Position numbers and translations under genes: made by a program. A DNA stretch of 55,398 bases, filler included, from Catajapyx aquilonaris (taxonomy: Eukaryota), in the NCBI GenBank assembly GCA_000934665.2. It is 2 parts of 2 records of this genome, joined end to end, with 100 filler letters (N's around TTAATTAATTAA, not from the genome) between each part and the next. Parts side by side here need not be neighbours in the genome. Positions count along the whole stretch, not along the records: positions 27,738 to 55,398 come from KZ539271.1; 1 more part is not named here. The stretch is one strand, 5' to 3'. The notes beneath the pieces were generated by a model. The model made no database searches and was not told where the DNA came from. It worked only from the letters and a program-made list of their open reading frames with translations. Shown here piece by piece: positions 39,342 through 50,611 of this stretch. How positions within the stretch are numbered: the first letter of the stretch is position 1; the number at the start of each line of letters is the position of its first letter.

Positions 39342-40500
39342 CGAAGGCCAGTCAAAACAAATTGAGCCTGAGTTTTTATGTGAGAAAGTGAATTAGTTCA
39401 TGACTCATAATGAGTGCAAAGCATGTCTTGGAGTGTTAGAACATGAATTCCTGTTTGAACATTCTGCGATCCCAGACAACAGTGCCAGGAAGTAATAATA
39501 GTAATAATAATAATAATTCATACCCCGTTATCACCCATCAGCTCTTTAGGGGGGAAGTTTGTTTTGCCTGGAACTCTTTGCTTTTCATTTTACTGTGCTC
39601 TTTGGGATAGGATAGGGACGGAAAGAACGGCTGTAGCCTATTAATTACGGAAGCTACTTCGGAATTTTCTTGGAAGGACCTTAATAGGATTTTATTAGGA
39701 CTTGGAAGGACCGTGGGAAACCACAGAAAACCATGGTCAGAGTTTCTGGACCCAGGATTTGATCCCAGGACCTCCCGATTAGCAGTCGGACATATATCCC
39801 CTCCTCCAAACTGCTTCGGTACAGTGCCAGGAAGTAGAACTAGCTCATATTCGCCTCTGCTCTGCCAGGAGGTCGGTGGTGAGGATCAATTTTCAGCATT
39901 GAGGTTTTGCTTCCATTTGAAGAAAACAGCCAATAGGTACAGCATGCTAAGAGAGGAGCATGATGAAGAAGCATTCCGCAGCATTCCCCACTGGTAAGCT
40001 ACCAAAGAATTCCGCAAGGATCAGGAGTCAGTTTCAAAGAGACAGGAATTCAGACTCCCATCCAAGTTCTGACAGAGGTGATCATTAACACCTGCACACA
40101 AAAATTTCCACACGACAGCCGATGCCAGAATGTATGGTATCTCCTAGGGTAGTGCCCACACAATCTTGCACATGCAACATTTTTGCTCCCAATGCGATGG
40201 ATCCCAAGACTGTTGACTCCAGAGAAGAATCAGATGCAGAAGGAGGTTTAGAGTCAACAACGTCTTGTGGCTGAACACTGTGACCGGTATTTGCTATCCA
40301 TAATTAGCATGTCATATGCCCCCCTGGCTGTTTTCTTCAAATGAAAACAAAACCTCATTGCTGAAGATTATTCCTCACTGCTGAACTCCATCTTGGCACT
40401 GGCGGAGTGGAGGTGAAGATGAACCTGGATCTACTTCCTGTGTAACTTTAGTTTTGCCTGGGATCTCTTAATATTCAAACATGAATTGGTGTTCAAATAG
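39342..40500 (+). mobile_element. Mariner-derived relic with long internal inverted arms
   Basis: TA-CGAAGGCCAGTCAAAA mariner-like left end; degraded transposase (FCFHLKKTA..YSMLREEH, GSAHTILH, RWIPRLLTPE = WVPxxL motif); arms ~39440-39930 and ~40325-40495 are inverted copies. Confidence 0.7.
39495..39820 (-). mobile_element. tRNA-derived SINE, family 1
   Basis: Homologous to 50285 copy; TSD acagtgccaggaagta (39479-39494 / 39821-39836). Confidence 0.9.
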
Positions 40501-41318
40501 TACAGTAGTTAAAGATAATATGTTTTACACTCCCTCCGAGGAAATGCAAATGTGCTACACACTTTGGGTCCCTTTGCTCTCTTTCCAGAGCAGAATACAC
40601 TCCCTGAGGTCATGAAACTGGGCCTCAGATATGTTCTATATTGAACCTAATATAATCTGATATCTTTGAAAGCCCTTAAAAATAATTGCTTAAAAATCAA
40701 TCGCTTAGTGCCAAAAAAAAATCTAACCACTAAGGACGTTTTCATTGGAGCAACCTCTAAGCATGGCATGAATTAGTGCATGAAAGGATTCAGATAATAA
40801 GTGATACTCTCCTGTAATGTAATATCACTCTTATAAGTACAGCACTACAGCACAGTCATTATGATATTTTCTAAGATTTTTTTTTGAAAAGATCATTTGA
40901 AGACCTCGGGAGAAAAACGATCAAGGTCCATCTGAGGTGAAACTGAGATAATCCTATTTTAAATTTTGAAGGCCCATAAGGCCCCATTGTAAATCCCACT
41001 TTCGGGGCCTTCCATAGTGACTTATGATCATTACTCCACTACCACGACCAAACCATCATATTCTACACTAGGGAAAGTATCTTTTGAGATACGTAACTCA
41101 TTTTTGACAAAACGTGGACCTTGGTCTTTCTTCCCCCGAGGTCTTCACTTACACTTGCACGAAACTTATGGATGTATAATCATGTATGAACATCCCAAAT
41201 ATTGAGAGGTTGACATGCAACTTGAAACTGCCTAAGGTCCAGTGCCTGTGCAGTCTGAAATGATTCTTTCATTGATTCATTTTCTGAAGTGAGATCATGT
41301 ATTGTTTCATTTATCCAG

Positions 41319-41753
41319 CTGTCCGTGATTCAAACAAAGGCGCTTATAAAGTCAGTGTCTAACTTCCTTGACATGTACAATGACGTATGTGTCAGTCCGA
41401 GAAAAGATACATATTCTTGCTTGGAGGCAGAAGATATAAAGAAAACTGGGAGCAAGAGATTGAGACCCCTCTCAGGAAAGTCCACAGAAGTAGTAAGTAA
41501 AGAAGAGAAGATATGTGAAAGTAGTAAGGTGGAGGTGGTGGTAGAGACTGGGATTGAAGTAACGGAGTCAGCACTGATTGAGAAAAAAATTACAACATCA
41601 GAAAGGGAATCAAAGAAGGCAAAGAAGTCGGATAGAGAAGTGGCAAGAAAGAAGCACAAAGTGGATGAAGTCACTCAGATGGATGAGGAAGTGATGAGAA
41701 AAGTCCAAATCTGGTTAGATGAGTACCACACTGACGATGCACAGGGGGGAGAG
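41319..41753 (+). CDS. WD40-repeat protein exon 9
   Basis: Acceptor tttatccag phase 0; Lys/Glu-rich open frame; donor GAG|GTGAGG. Confidence 0.8.
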
Positions 41754-41999
41754 GTGAGGATGTTATTTGATTCTGTATTTGCTGTTGTTGGGGGTAAAAA
41801 CATCCTTGGTAGTGCTTTAGTTTCATAGTAAAACCAAGGAGGCATTATGAATACCACTAACTGATAGTGCTGCTCTACAATGTAACATAACTGAAGAGTT
41901 GGGAATGCAAACACATATTATGGTTCATGACATATTTGCATGCATGGTGGCAACATGTGCAAGCCAATATGCATTGTGTGGTATCAAAACCATTTGCCT

Positions 42000-42794
42000 C
42001 CAATCCTCCATGTTTTACTCTGCAGATTGCTGCAGCCCCATCACTGCAGACATCAGTACACTTATTCCAATCCAGATGGTTTTTCTTTACTCATCGATGA
42101 GATTAAGCATTTCCTCTCCAGTTGAATATGTTTTCCAGAGGTGCGCAGAGAAACAAGTCTTCTTCAGTTGTGTCCTTGAAAGTATATCTCATAAACACAA
42201 GCAATATGGCGAGTCCAGCAATGTCAGTACTTTCGTCTAATTGCAATCCAAAAGCTTCACAATCTCTCAATCTTTGAATCAATTCGTCTTCAATAGAATC
42301 TGTGATTTTATGAATACGATTTGAAATTGTGCTATTTGATAATGGCACTGTATCAGTCAACGTTGCAGCCTTCTGTCCAAGTATGCAACTCGCAATATCT
42401 TTGACACACGGTTTTATCAGGTCCTCCGCTACTAAAAAAATATCGTGTGCGGCTTCCCGACGCGGGCAATTCTGTAACTCAAAAGAAAAGATGCTTCAGT
42501 TGCATTTCCATTATCAGTCTTTGCACGTTTTGTTAGCATTGCCACTCCAGCATAAAGAGATTCGCCATGCCTTTTGAAAAAGTTTCTGTCTTTTTTCTTC
42601 AGCGCAGGGTGAGATGTAGTCGGACATTTTATAAATACGGTCGAACACAGTTTTATTGTAACATTGGACTGCTAAAAAAAAATTCGCCGCCTCCTCTCCA
42701 TTAACACAGCGTTTTTTTATTTTATTTTATTTTATTTTCCAAATCTTTTGCAGAACCCCTACGCTGGTGTCACAACACAGTTTGAGAACCACTG
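42000..42794 (-). mobile_element. hAT-Charlie/Buster transposon relic with disrupted transposase
   Basis: TIR CAGTGGTTCTCAAACTGTG at 42794; EDLIKPCVKDI..VPLSNSTISNRI..GLQLDESTDIAGLAILLVFMRY..EDLFLC and, after frameshift/stop, LDWNKCTDVCSDGAAA. Confidence 0.88.
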
Positions 42795-43140
42795 CCCTAG
42801 CACTCAGAATATGCAATTAGGACAATTTTCATGTCTTGAAATATATTAGTAGACTGTGTTTTCTATGACGAAAGGTACTCTCGTTAATGATTCACAGCCT
42901 ATTATGTATATTTCGATTCCAAATTGTTCCGTTCATTCTGTAGTTGTGCCCTGCTGCACCTATCAAAAGTATCCTAATTCAAGTGTCTGTATACTCTTAC
43001 ATGTGCACCTTCTTTTCCTTTCCTCCAAGGGATTTGGTAATGTTTTATGCCACAACTTACTACAGTTAAACAGAACTACTAATGTTAACTCATTTCATTA
43101 AACATTAAGCTACAAACAAAATGTAAACAAATACTTGCAG

Positions 43141-43611
43141 GAGGAACTTGAAGCAGTTTCTATCAACACTGAAGCATTCATATCAGACATTCTTGATGAG
43201 GCCACAAGAGATGTTGAAGGTGTTGGAGAGAAGGATACTAATGAAGAGGAGGTACCAAGATCTGCAGATGTTGCCAAGGAAGTGAGAGTGTCAAAAGATG
43301 GACTGGTTTCTGATAGCTTTGTGGTTGGCGCCTCTGTGATTAGCCAATCAGAGTGGGTTCATGCTGTGAGTGAAATGGGCCTGCCTCCACTGGAGGAGTG
43401 GGTGGTGGTCTACAACCTGATGAAAGCAGTCGAGTCCTCAGGAGCAGATATTGCTGCAGAAGTACTCGAGCGTGAAGAAGATTTGAGGGAAAGGATCTCG
43501 TCTACACAGATTCCCAGTCCAGAGTTGGTTGAGGCCTACCATAAAGGAAAGGTGTCATATATTAAAATAAGATTACCAGCAAGAGCACGCACAGCTCCTC
43601 CATCCTGTCAG
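43141..43611 (+). CDS. WD40-repeat protein exon 10
   Basis: Acceptor cttgcag phase 0; acidic frame EELEAVS...PPSCQ; donor CAG|GTAACA. Confidence 0.8.
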
Positions 43612-44144
43612 GTAACAGCACTTATAATCGTGGGAAGACATATTTGGGGTTATTTTATGAGAGTTTTAGCCAGAGCTTGTTTGAATATTTGGCTAGAATA
43701 TTTTATACAGTGGAACATCCACAGCTTGAACAGCCCTATTTGAGGGACATCTTTATAAAGTGAAGAAAACAACTTTTCATTGGTTGGTCACATTGTAAAG
43801 AAGTAGGAATGACTCTTCCTTAGGTTTAATGTGTATAGTAGTGTATCATGAAGTTCTGCATAACTTGAACTGCATAATATTTCGTCTGCTCAAGCCAAAT
43901 TTCACATATCAACTTTGTGAAAACATACAATGCAGTATTGTGCGAGGATGGCAGCCCAGGTTGTTCCACGCTGTCAAATCATAAACATGATTGATCATAC
44001 ACACCTTTCCTGTCTTCTTTCTCACCTCATTTCTATCTTAGCTAGTCCCATCTCTGTATCTTGTAATATACAGATAGCGTTAGTTGCTTAGGCACTTTTC
44101 CACTCAAACAAACCAAATAACCTTACACTGAATTTCTTCTACAG

Positions 44145-44740
44145 GATTTGCCAAAATTACAGAGCTACCTGCCTCCCGAAAGAGAGCCTGCCCTGCACTC
44201 AAGTCAGGTCTTACCTCCAGGCTTAATTATGATGGGCCAAGGATATTTCTCTGACAAGGAAATGAATCAACTTGAGCATGCTGCTACCCCTCCTCTTCAT
44301 ACAGCCCATAGACATCCTCAGCAGCGCTCACGCCACACCATTTGTGACCATGCTCGTGCTGATCGTCAACACCATAAGAGGAAATTGAAAGGTGCTAAAG
44401 TTAGACCATCAACAGTTCCTGCAGGGGGTTTGAAAAGCATCAATGCCCAGATCCGAGAAAAGGAGCTCTTGGCTCAGAAACTGCTGGGGTCATCTCAGGC
44501 GATAGATACTCCATGGCGCTTCCTATACCAGCATGGGATCAACATAATGGAGGAGGAGGACATGGGTGACCTGTTTCGAATGTCTGAGATGCAACACCGA
44601 CCAGGGTCCAAGAAACAGGGGCGAGCCCGGGGTTTGTCAGCAACTGGTGTCCATGCAATCAGGGCATTCATGGCAAATCCCCATGAGAAAAATACTCTTC
44701 TCAGTGCCAGGACTGCTCCAGTCACCAAGGATGCACTCAG
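44145..44740 (+). CDS. WD40-repeat protein exon 11
   Basis: Acceptor tttcttctacag phase 0; DLPKLQSY...KDAL; donor AG|GTGATT phase 2. Confidence 0.8.
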
Positions 44741-45329
44741 GTGATTGAATTTAATCATAATACTTTGCTATTATTGACAGTGAAGTAGTTTTTACTTGCA
44801 AGAGTCAGGCAGTCCAGGTTTCTTATGTAAGTGTCTATGGATCAAGTGCACAAAATGTGGAACTGAGAGGCAAGGATTTCGTGTGTCAGCCCCCCCTCCC
44901 CTCCCCCCGGTCTCCCAGGATTTAAGAATTTATTTAATAATGTCTATGGAGAGCTTCAGGGCATCCTTATCATGCATGGCACATAGACTTGTACAGTACC
45001 AACTTACTTTATTTTGACCCCAGCATTTTCCCATGACACACTATATAGTGATGCTGTCATCAAGATTACGCTGTATCAAGAGCTAATAACTTATTAGCTC
45101 TTGGCGGTATCCCCATCCCTCTTCCTTGAGTTACTAATTAGGAGAGTGGTTCATACTATACACATTACACACCGTACATTATTGAGTGATAGGATGTTAT
45201 CCTGAGGTGGGTATATTACGTACGCCATCAGATTAGGCATGACATTCACAATTTAGATGCATCTTGGATCAGTATAATTTGTTCCCTGACTACTTCAACA
45301 AGAATTCAACTGGGTATGTAAGGCTTTGG

Positions 45330-45956
45330 CATAGTTGGGTAAGTTACTTTTGAAATGTAACTGGTTACAGTTACAGTTATTCAGAGCAAAAAAGTAATTA
45401 GTTACAGTTACAAGTTCCTTTGACCAAAAAGTAACTAGTTACAGTTACTCATGACGTTACTCATGAAGTTACTTTTCCGTGGTCTGTCACCGCTCCTGTA
45501 GATGGATGGGGGATTCCCCATTTCTCCCTGTAATACGAATACAGAATATCACCGTGGTCAAAAAAAAGATCAGTTCACCTTCAACCTCAATTTACTTTTA
45601 ATAATAGCTGCTTTTCAAAGTTTGCATCCGTAAGCTTTCCCCTTCTCGATGTAAAAACTTGCCTCCCCACACTGAAAATTCTCTCCACTGAGGCACTGGA
45701 GGGCAGTGCAGTGTTGTATTGGACGAACATTTTTTAAATCACTGCCAAATAAATGAATCATCCGCATGTTAAAATAGATGCTTTTCAAAACCTGCACGGA
45801 AAAGTAAATTTGTAACTTTTGTTACCGTTAGTTTAAAGGTACCTAGTTACGAGTACAAGTTACTTCTGCACAAAAGTTACGAAGTTACCGGGAAAAATAC
45901 TCAAAAAGTAACTAACTAGTAACGCGTTATTTCTACCCAGTTACTACCCAACTCAG
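45330..45956 (+). mobile_element. Complete hAT-type MITE
   Basis: TIRs CATAGTTGGGTA / TACCCAACTCAG; 8-bp TSD ggctttgg / ggcttggg (1 mismatch); GTTAC/GTAAC subterminal repeats. Confidence 0.85.
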
Positions 45957-46284
45957 GGCTTGGGTGAATACCTCCTACTAAAAGGTGCCTGTACTCAGGT
46001 ACCAGCCAAATGCTGAAGCTTGTTGATGCACGTAGCTTGCAAACTGCATGTAAGCAGAGGAATACTGAAAGCATGTAATTTGGAATATAGCTTGTCAGTG
46101 CCAAAAACTACGAAGTCATTTTGATTTCCATGCCTGATTCATCACCCTCTTCTCCCACAAACTTTTCTGCCTCTGGGGCATTCCTGTTCCACCTTTGATA
46201 AATGTGATGAGAGGTAATGTATGTTTGTATTCTTCCTTACGCTAGGCAAGTGCAAACAAGCTCTCTCTACTTGGCATATTTCAG

Positions 46285-46376
46285 ATTAAGGCAGGCAGAG
46301 CTTCGTTGCTTAAACAACGCACAAAATGAGAGGAGGAAGACTTCTGCACGGATTCCAAGGCAGTCCCACCCTACTG
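46285..46376 (+). CDS. WD40-repeat protein exon 12
   Basis: Acceptor atatttcag phase 2; RLRQAELRCLNNAQNERRKTSARIPRQSHPT; donor G|GTAGGC phase 1. Confidence 0.7.
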
Positions 46377-46605
46377 GTAGGCTTTATATTCTGCCATCCA
46401 ATGGCATTATTAGCCAGAGAATGCTACTGATGTCACAAGCCCTAAATTGTTAGTTTCAATGTTGATATCCTTGAAAGTCATTGTTGCCATTCCGATGTCA
46501 CTAGCCTACTATTTCTGGTATAACCATTAATACCATTTGTAGGAAAGGAAATTCATTGTAAGTCCTCTTTATAATAAAATATTACTTGTTTCCTTTCAAC
46601 TGCAG

Positions 46606-46706
46606 ATGTTCCACACTCCATCGGTACATTACCAGTTGACAGATTCAACTGGCGTGACTTTTTCAAACATCCACTAGTGAAGGCCCACATTGATGAGAAG
46701 CAGAGA
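46606..46706 (+). CDS. WD40-repeat protein exon 13
   Basis: Acceptor tttcctttcaactgcag phase 1; DVPHSIGTLPVDRFNWRDFFKHPLVKAHIDEKQR; donor AGA|GTAAGT. Confidence 0.72.
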
Positions 46707-46802
46707 GTAAGTGATGCTATGAACAAAATATTTTAGAATATAAAATATAAGTTAAATACAGTATTACATTGGCAGTTTTTTTAAACTGTTTCTATGGCAT
46801 AG

Positions 46803-46907
46803 GAGAGTATGATAAATGCAGACCAAATGAAAATATGTCTGAGCCAGTCTGATAGCAGACTTGCACTTCCTTATCTGCCCAGAGCCAAGAGAAAAGATCT
46901 GCTCTGA
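46803..46907 (+). CDS. WD40-repeat protein terminal exon
   Basis: Acceptor ggcatag phase 0; ESMINADQMKICLSQSDSRLALPYLPRAKRKDLL-TGA. Confidence 0.65.
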   Translation, partial: ESMINADQMKICLSQSDSRLALPYLPRAKRKDLL

Positions 46908-48696
46908 AATGAACGAAAACTAACTTACCTAGTAGGCCTACAGCCAAACCCCTTCCTCCCCATTTCAGTAAGGTTTTTGTAAATCAAATAATAATATAGG
47001 TCTGTGTGCGACATACCCCAAAGGAGTGAAAGCACTACCCGCATTATTAAATATTATTAGTAAATACTATTACCATTTCGATGTTTAAAAGGTTTATTTT
47101 CATATCATGCAGGCACGCACTGAAGAAAAGAGAGAGCGTCACAGGCCGCACTCAGCACAGTTTCCAACTGGGTGCCCCTATGATGTCTGATGGGAGAATC
47201 TTCAATCAGAGAACAGAGTGTTGTTATTAGAGAGGAAAGGATTATGCATTTTAAGGTATTGTACAGAAATCGAGACTCACTTGTAGGCCTCCAACCATTG
47301 TTAACTTATATGAATCAGAAATGTAGAATGACCTTGGAACCGGAAAAAAATCATTTCAGCATGCTTCTAAACATAGAAATTGACACCAAGATCACTCAAA
47401 TATGCCAACTCCGTCAATTTGTACGTGGAATATCAATTACTGAAGGCCTTCTTAACGGCCATCATGAAAAAGGGCGCCATGTTGGATTTTCAAACGACCA
47501 ATCGGGGAATTTTGACAAATAGTCCCTAGAGAGTACCATACCAGCTTGTACCGCCATTTGCACAATTCCCCTGAAAAATTGCTGTTATCTGCTGGACTAA
47601 GGACAACTTTGGCCATCGCTGACCGTCGAGATATTTCCCAAATTCGAATCAAAAGCCAAGATGTGAGCAGTTTTTCGAAACACCCCACCCCCCCGTAGAT
47701 CTCGCAATTATTATTCTCATTGATCGTAACTCCGTCGGGGGCTCAATTGGGCCTTCCTCGCCATTCAGTGAAAATTTCGGGTCCGTACCTCCAGCGAGAC
47801 GCCCGCATCGGCGGTGTAAATAGAACGCTGCACCCGTGACTCGACCAAACTTGGAACGCGATTCTGAAAAAAATCGCGGCGAATTTTCGACTATTCGCAG
47901 ATATGAGAATAGGCCTTTAAGTTGACTGTAATTGTAAGAGGCCATAGATACCATAATGATTCCGACTCCACATTCTGAGTAACAGCCATGCTATCTGATT
48001 GTCAATGAACCATGCACATTATTTTTGGATCTCCTTTTTACAAACTTCCTGCAGCTGCATATATCAGTTTACACTACTTGAGTCATACACAGCAAAAGTA
48101 TGCGGCCGGATATATGTTTTTCCGCCTCAGAAACAATCTTATCGGTGATTAACTGGCGTATGATTGCTAATATGCGGGAGGCCAAGAAAAGTGTACGACC
48201 TCGAACTTGCACGCTGATCATGTACTCCAGCAGAGATCGATTGTAGTGTATGCAAATGAGCAAATATTGTCCCCTGATAGATTTATGCCCGCCTGCAGTT
48301 AATACAAATGGACAGAAATTGCGTAAGATGATATTCATTTCCGACAAAAGGCGACCCCCTTTGACCTTGGAAAAGTCAATGCGGGGGCATGTCACTGAAA
48401 ATCTGCCAATGGCTTCCGACGCGACCATTCAGTCGTAATTCCTTCAGAGAGACGTTTGTTTTCAGAGGCAACAACTTGGTGTCAAATTTGCAGTTGTTTG
48501 CGGCAATATTGACAGCTGCAAGGACACATGTGCGTCAGGATTATTCCAGCTGAACTAACTCTCTGGGATTGGAGCTTGATTGCGTCGCATGTTTGGCACC
48601 CCTTATAGGATAATAAGTTCGCTGTTGAATCTACCTTAAGATTATTAAGGCTGATTGAGCGACATTCCACCATTTATTTTGTCATTTCTTCATATT

Positions 48697-49038
48697 TATC
48701 TATTTTACCCCGTGATAACCCGATTAGGGTTTATAGGGGAGTGGATTACCACCATTTTAAGAGACAATTTTCCAATTTTTACTTCAATCTCCGTGCAAGG
48801 ACTTTCGGGATATAGGGTGGGGAAAGGGATTGTTGGGGAGGGGACACTTGTGCAGGTGCATTGTCCTAGCCTTTGGGCCATGTGCAGTCCCCCAGGAGGT
48901 TAGGTTGCCAGACACCTCCTTGGTGCAGGTCAGAGACCCTCCCGCCGCAGGTGAAAGGAAGTTCCCCAGGCGGGGATCGAACCTGGGGCCTTTCACTCAG
49001 CAAGCCGAGACGTTACCATCTCGGCCACCACACCTCCC
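48697..49038 (-). mobile_element. tRNA-derived SINE, family 4
   Basis: Minus-strand A box TGGCCGAGATGG, B box GGTTCGATCCC; TSD catttcttcatatt (48683-48696 / 49039-49052). Confidence 0.88.
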
Positions 49039-49366
49039 CATTTCTTCATATTAATCAGGCATTGCATCATTAAGCAAGTAACCTGAAATATCAAATGTAT
49101 ATCGTATGGGAAAATTGCAGTTGAGTGAATGTCCAAATGATGCCAAAGGTTACTGTATCATACAGCATAAGTACAAATTTAATGAGCGAGTGACATGGGA
49201 GATGGGGTATAATTATGCATCTCTGAGAAGGTTTACAAGTGGAATGAGGTGGCATTTAGTGTTTCAGTCCACTGCTTGAAGGTTAACTCTGACGAAATAC
49301 AATAAATAAATAAAAAAAGTATGCTGGATTTGGATTTTCTCACGAAGTTCAGGAGTCAATTACGTA

Positions 49367-49481
49367 CAGGGTGTTCCAAGTATCCGAGTCGTTTTTAGTT
49401 ATCGCAAATATCGGGCGAAGGTATAACTACTTCGGGAGATATTCATGATGGCTAAGAACTATCCTGATACTTGGAACACTA
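49367..49481. mobile_element. Tiny Tc1/mariner-type MITE
   Basis: TA-CAGGGTGTTCCAAGTATC ... GATACTTGGAACAC inverted termini. Confidence 0.65.
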
Positions 49482-49592
49482 TACATAGCGTATGTACTTT
49501 CTGATAGTCCAGTCAGTGTTCTGATAAATAAAAATTACAGCTGAGAAATTCAACCCAGGAGGGAGTATATACGGAAACTTCAAGCCCTGTTA

Positions 49593-49921
49593 GGGGTCGT
49601 GCAAATACCCCGTGACAGTTGGGGGGGGGGNNNNNNNNNNNNNNNNNNNNNNNNNNNNNNNNNNNNNNNNNNNNNNNNNNNNNNNNNNNNNNNNNNNNNN
49701 NNNNNNNNNNNNNNNNNNNNNNNNNNNNNNNNNNNNNNNNNNNNNNNNNNNNNNNNNNNNNNNNNNNNNNNNNNNNNNNNNNNNNNNNNNNNNNNNNNNN
49801 NNNNNNNNNNNNNNNNNNNNNNNNNNNNGGGGGTTCCAATGGATTCCACAGTCGGGCATGGGGGAGGGGGGGGGGGTCAAAAAGAGGCCTCAAATCGGTC
49901 ACGTGGTATTTGCACGACCCC
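49593..49921 (-). mobile_element. PIF/Harbinger-type MITE (gap inside)
   Basis: TIRs GGGGTCGTGCAAATAC / GTATTTGCACGACCCC; flanks TTA/TCA; related, in opposite orientation, to 54431-54753. Confidence 0.82.
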
Positions 49922-50282
49922 TCATCTCGAAATCAGTGAATTCTGAATTTCAGGCTGTATTAATGAGTGTAATGATTCATTACGCGGCCGCATATTTTCT
50001 TTCTAGGCAATGAAGTTTGATGGGAAGTACACGAATTTGGCAACCGATGAACATATAAGGGGAAGTCTCTGGTCTTACATTATGGACATGCAACAAATAA
50101 AATGGATGATTTGTGCATGACGTCACGTTTTTGTTCCTCGCTTCTGTGGGTATATAGTTCTCTGCAAGTGCAAATTACAAGTGTTTCTTTACAAGGTAGA
50201 ACCACTAGAACTATATAATATTGCCGAAAGCCATGTACTGCCTAATTTTTACTCTCCCCCTGTACTCTACTACAGTTTAGCC

Positions 50283-50284
<2 letters not shown>

Positions 50285-50335
<51 letters not shown>

Positions 50336-50611
50336 TCATACCCCGTTATCAGCCGGCGGCTCTTTAGGGGGGGAGTTCATCCCATTTGTTTTGGCTGGAA
50401 CTCTTATTGCTTTCATTTTACTTTGTTTTTTGGGATAGGAATGGAAGGAAGCGGCTGTGGCCTATTATTTAGGAAGCAATCCCGGAATTCTCCTGGGGGG
50501 ACCGTGGGAAACCACAGAAAACCACGGTTAGGATTGCAGGCCCCGGGACTCGAACCCAGGACCTCCCGATTAGCAGTCGAACACCTTATCCACTCCACCA
50601 AACTGCTTCGG
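50285..50611 (-). mobile_element. tRNA-derived SINE, family 1 (best-preserved copy)
   Basis: Intact A/B boxes, long (ATT)n tail, TSD tacagtttagccat (50271-50284 / 50612-50625). Confidence 0.92.

Noticed and set aside
42103..42360. ZBED5/SCAND3-like ORF as a domesticated gene
   Set aside because: Frameshifts and stops on both sides plus a retained TIR indicate a decayed Charlie-type transposon.
47450..47900. CpG-rich repeat-like segment (gcgccatgttggatttt...tatctgctggacta)
   Set aside because: Probably a DNA-transposon fragment, but no second terminus, TSD or second copy in the window supports a call.
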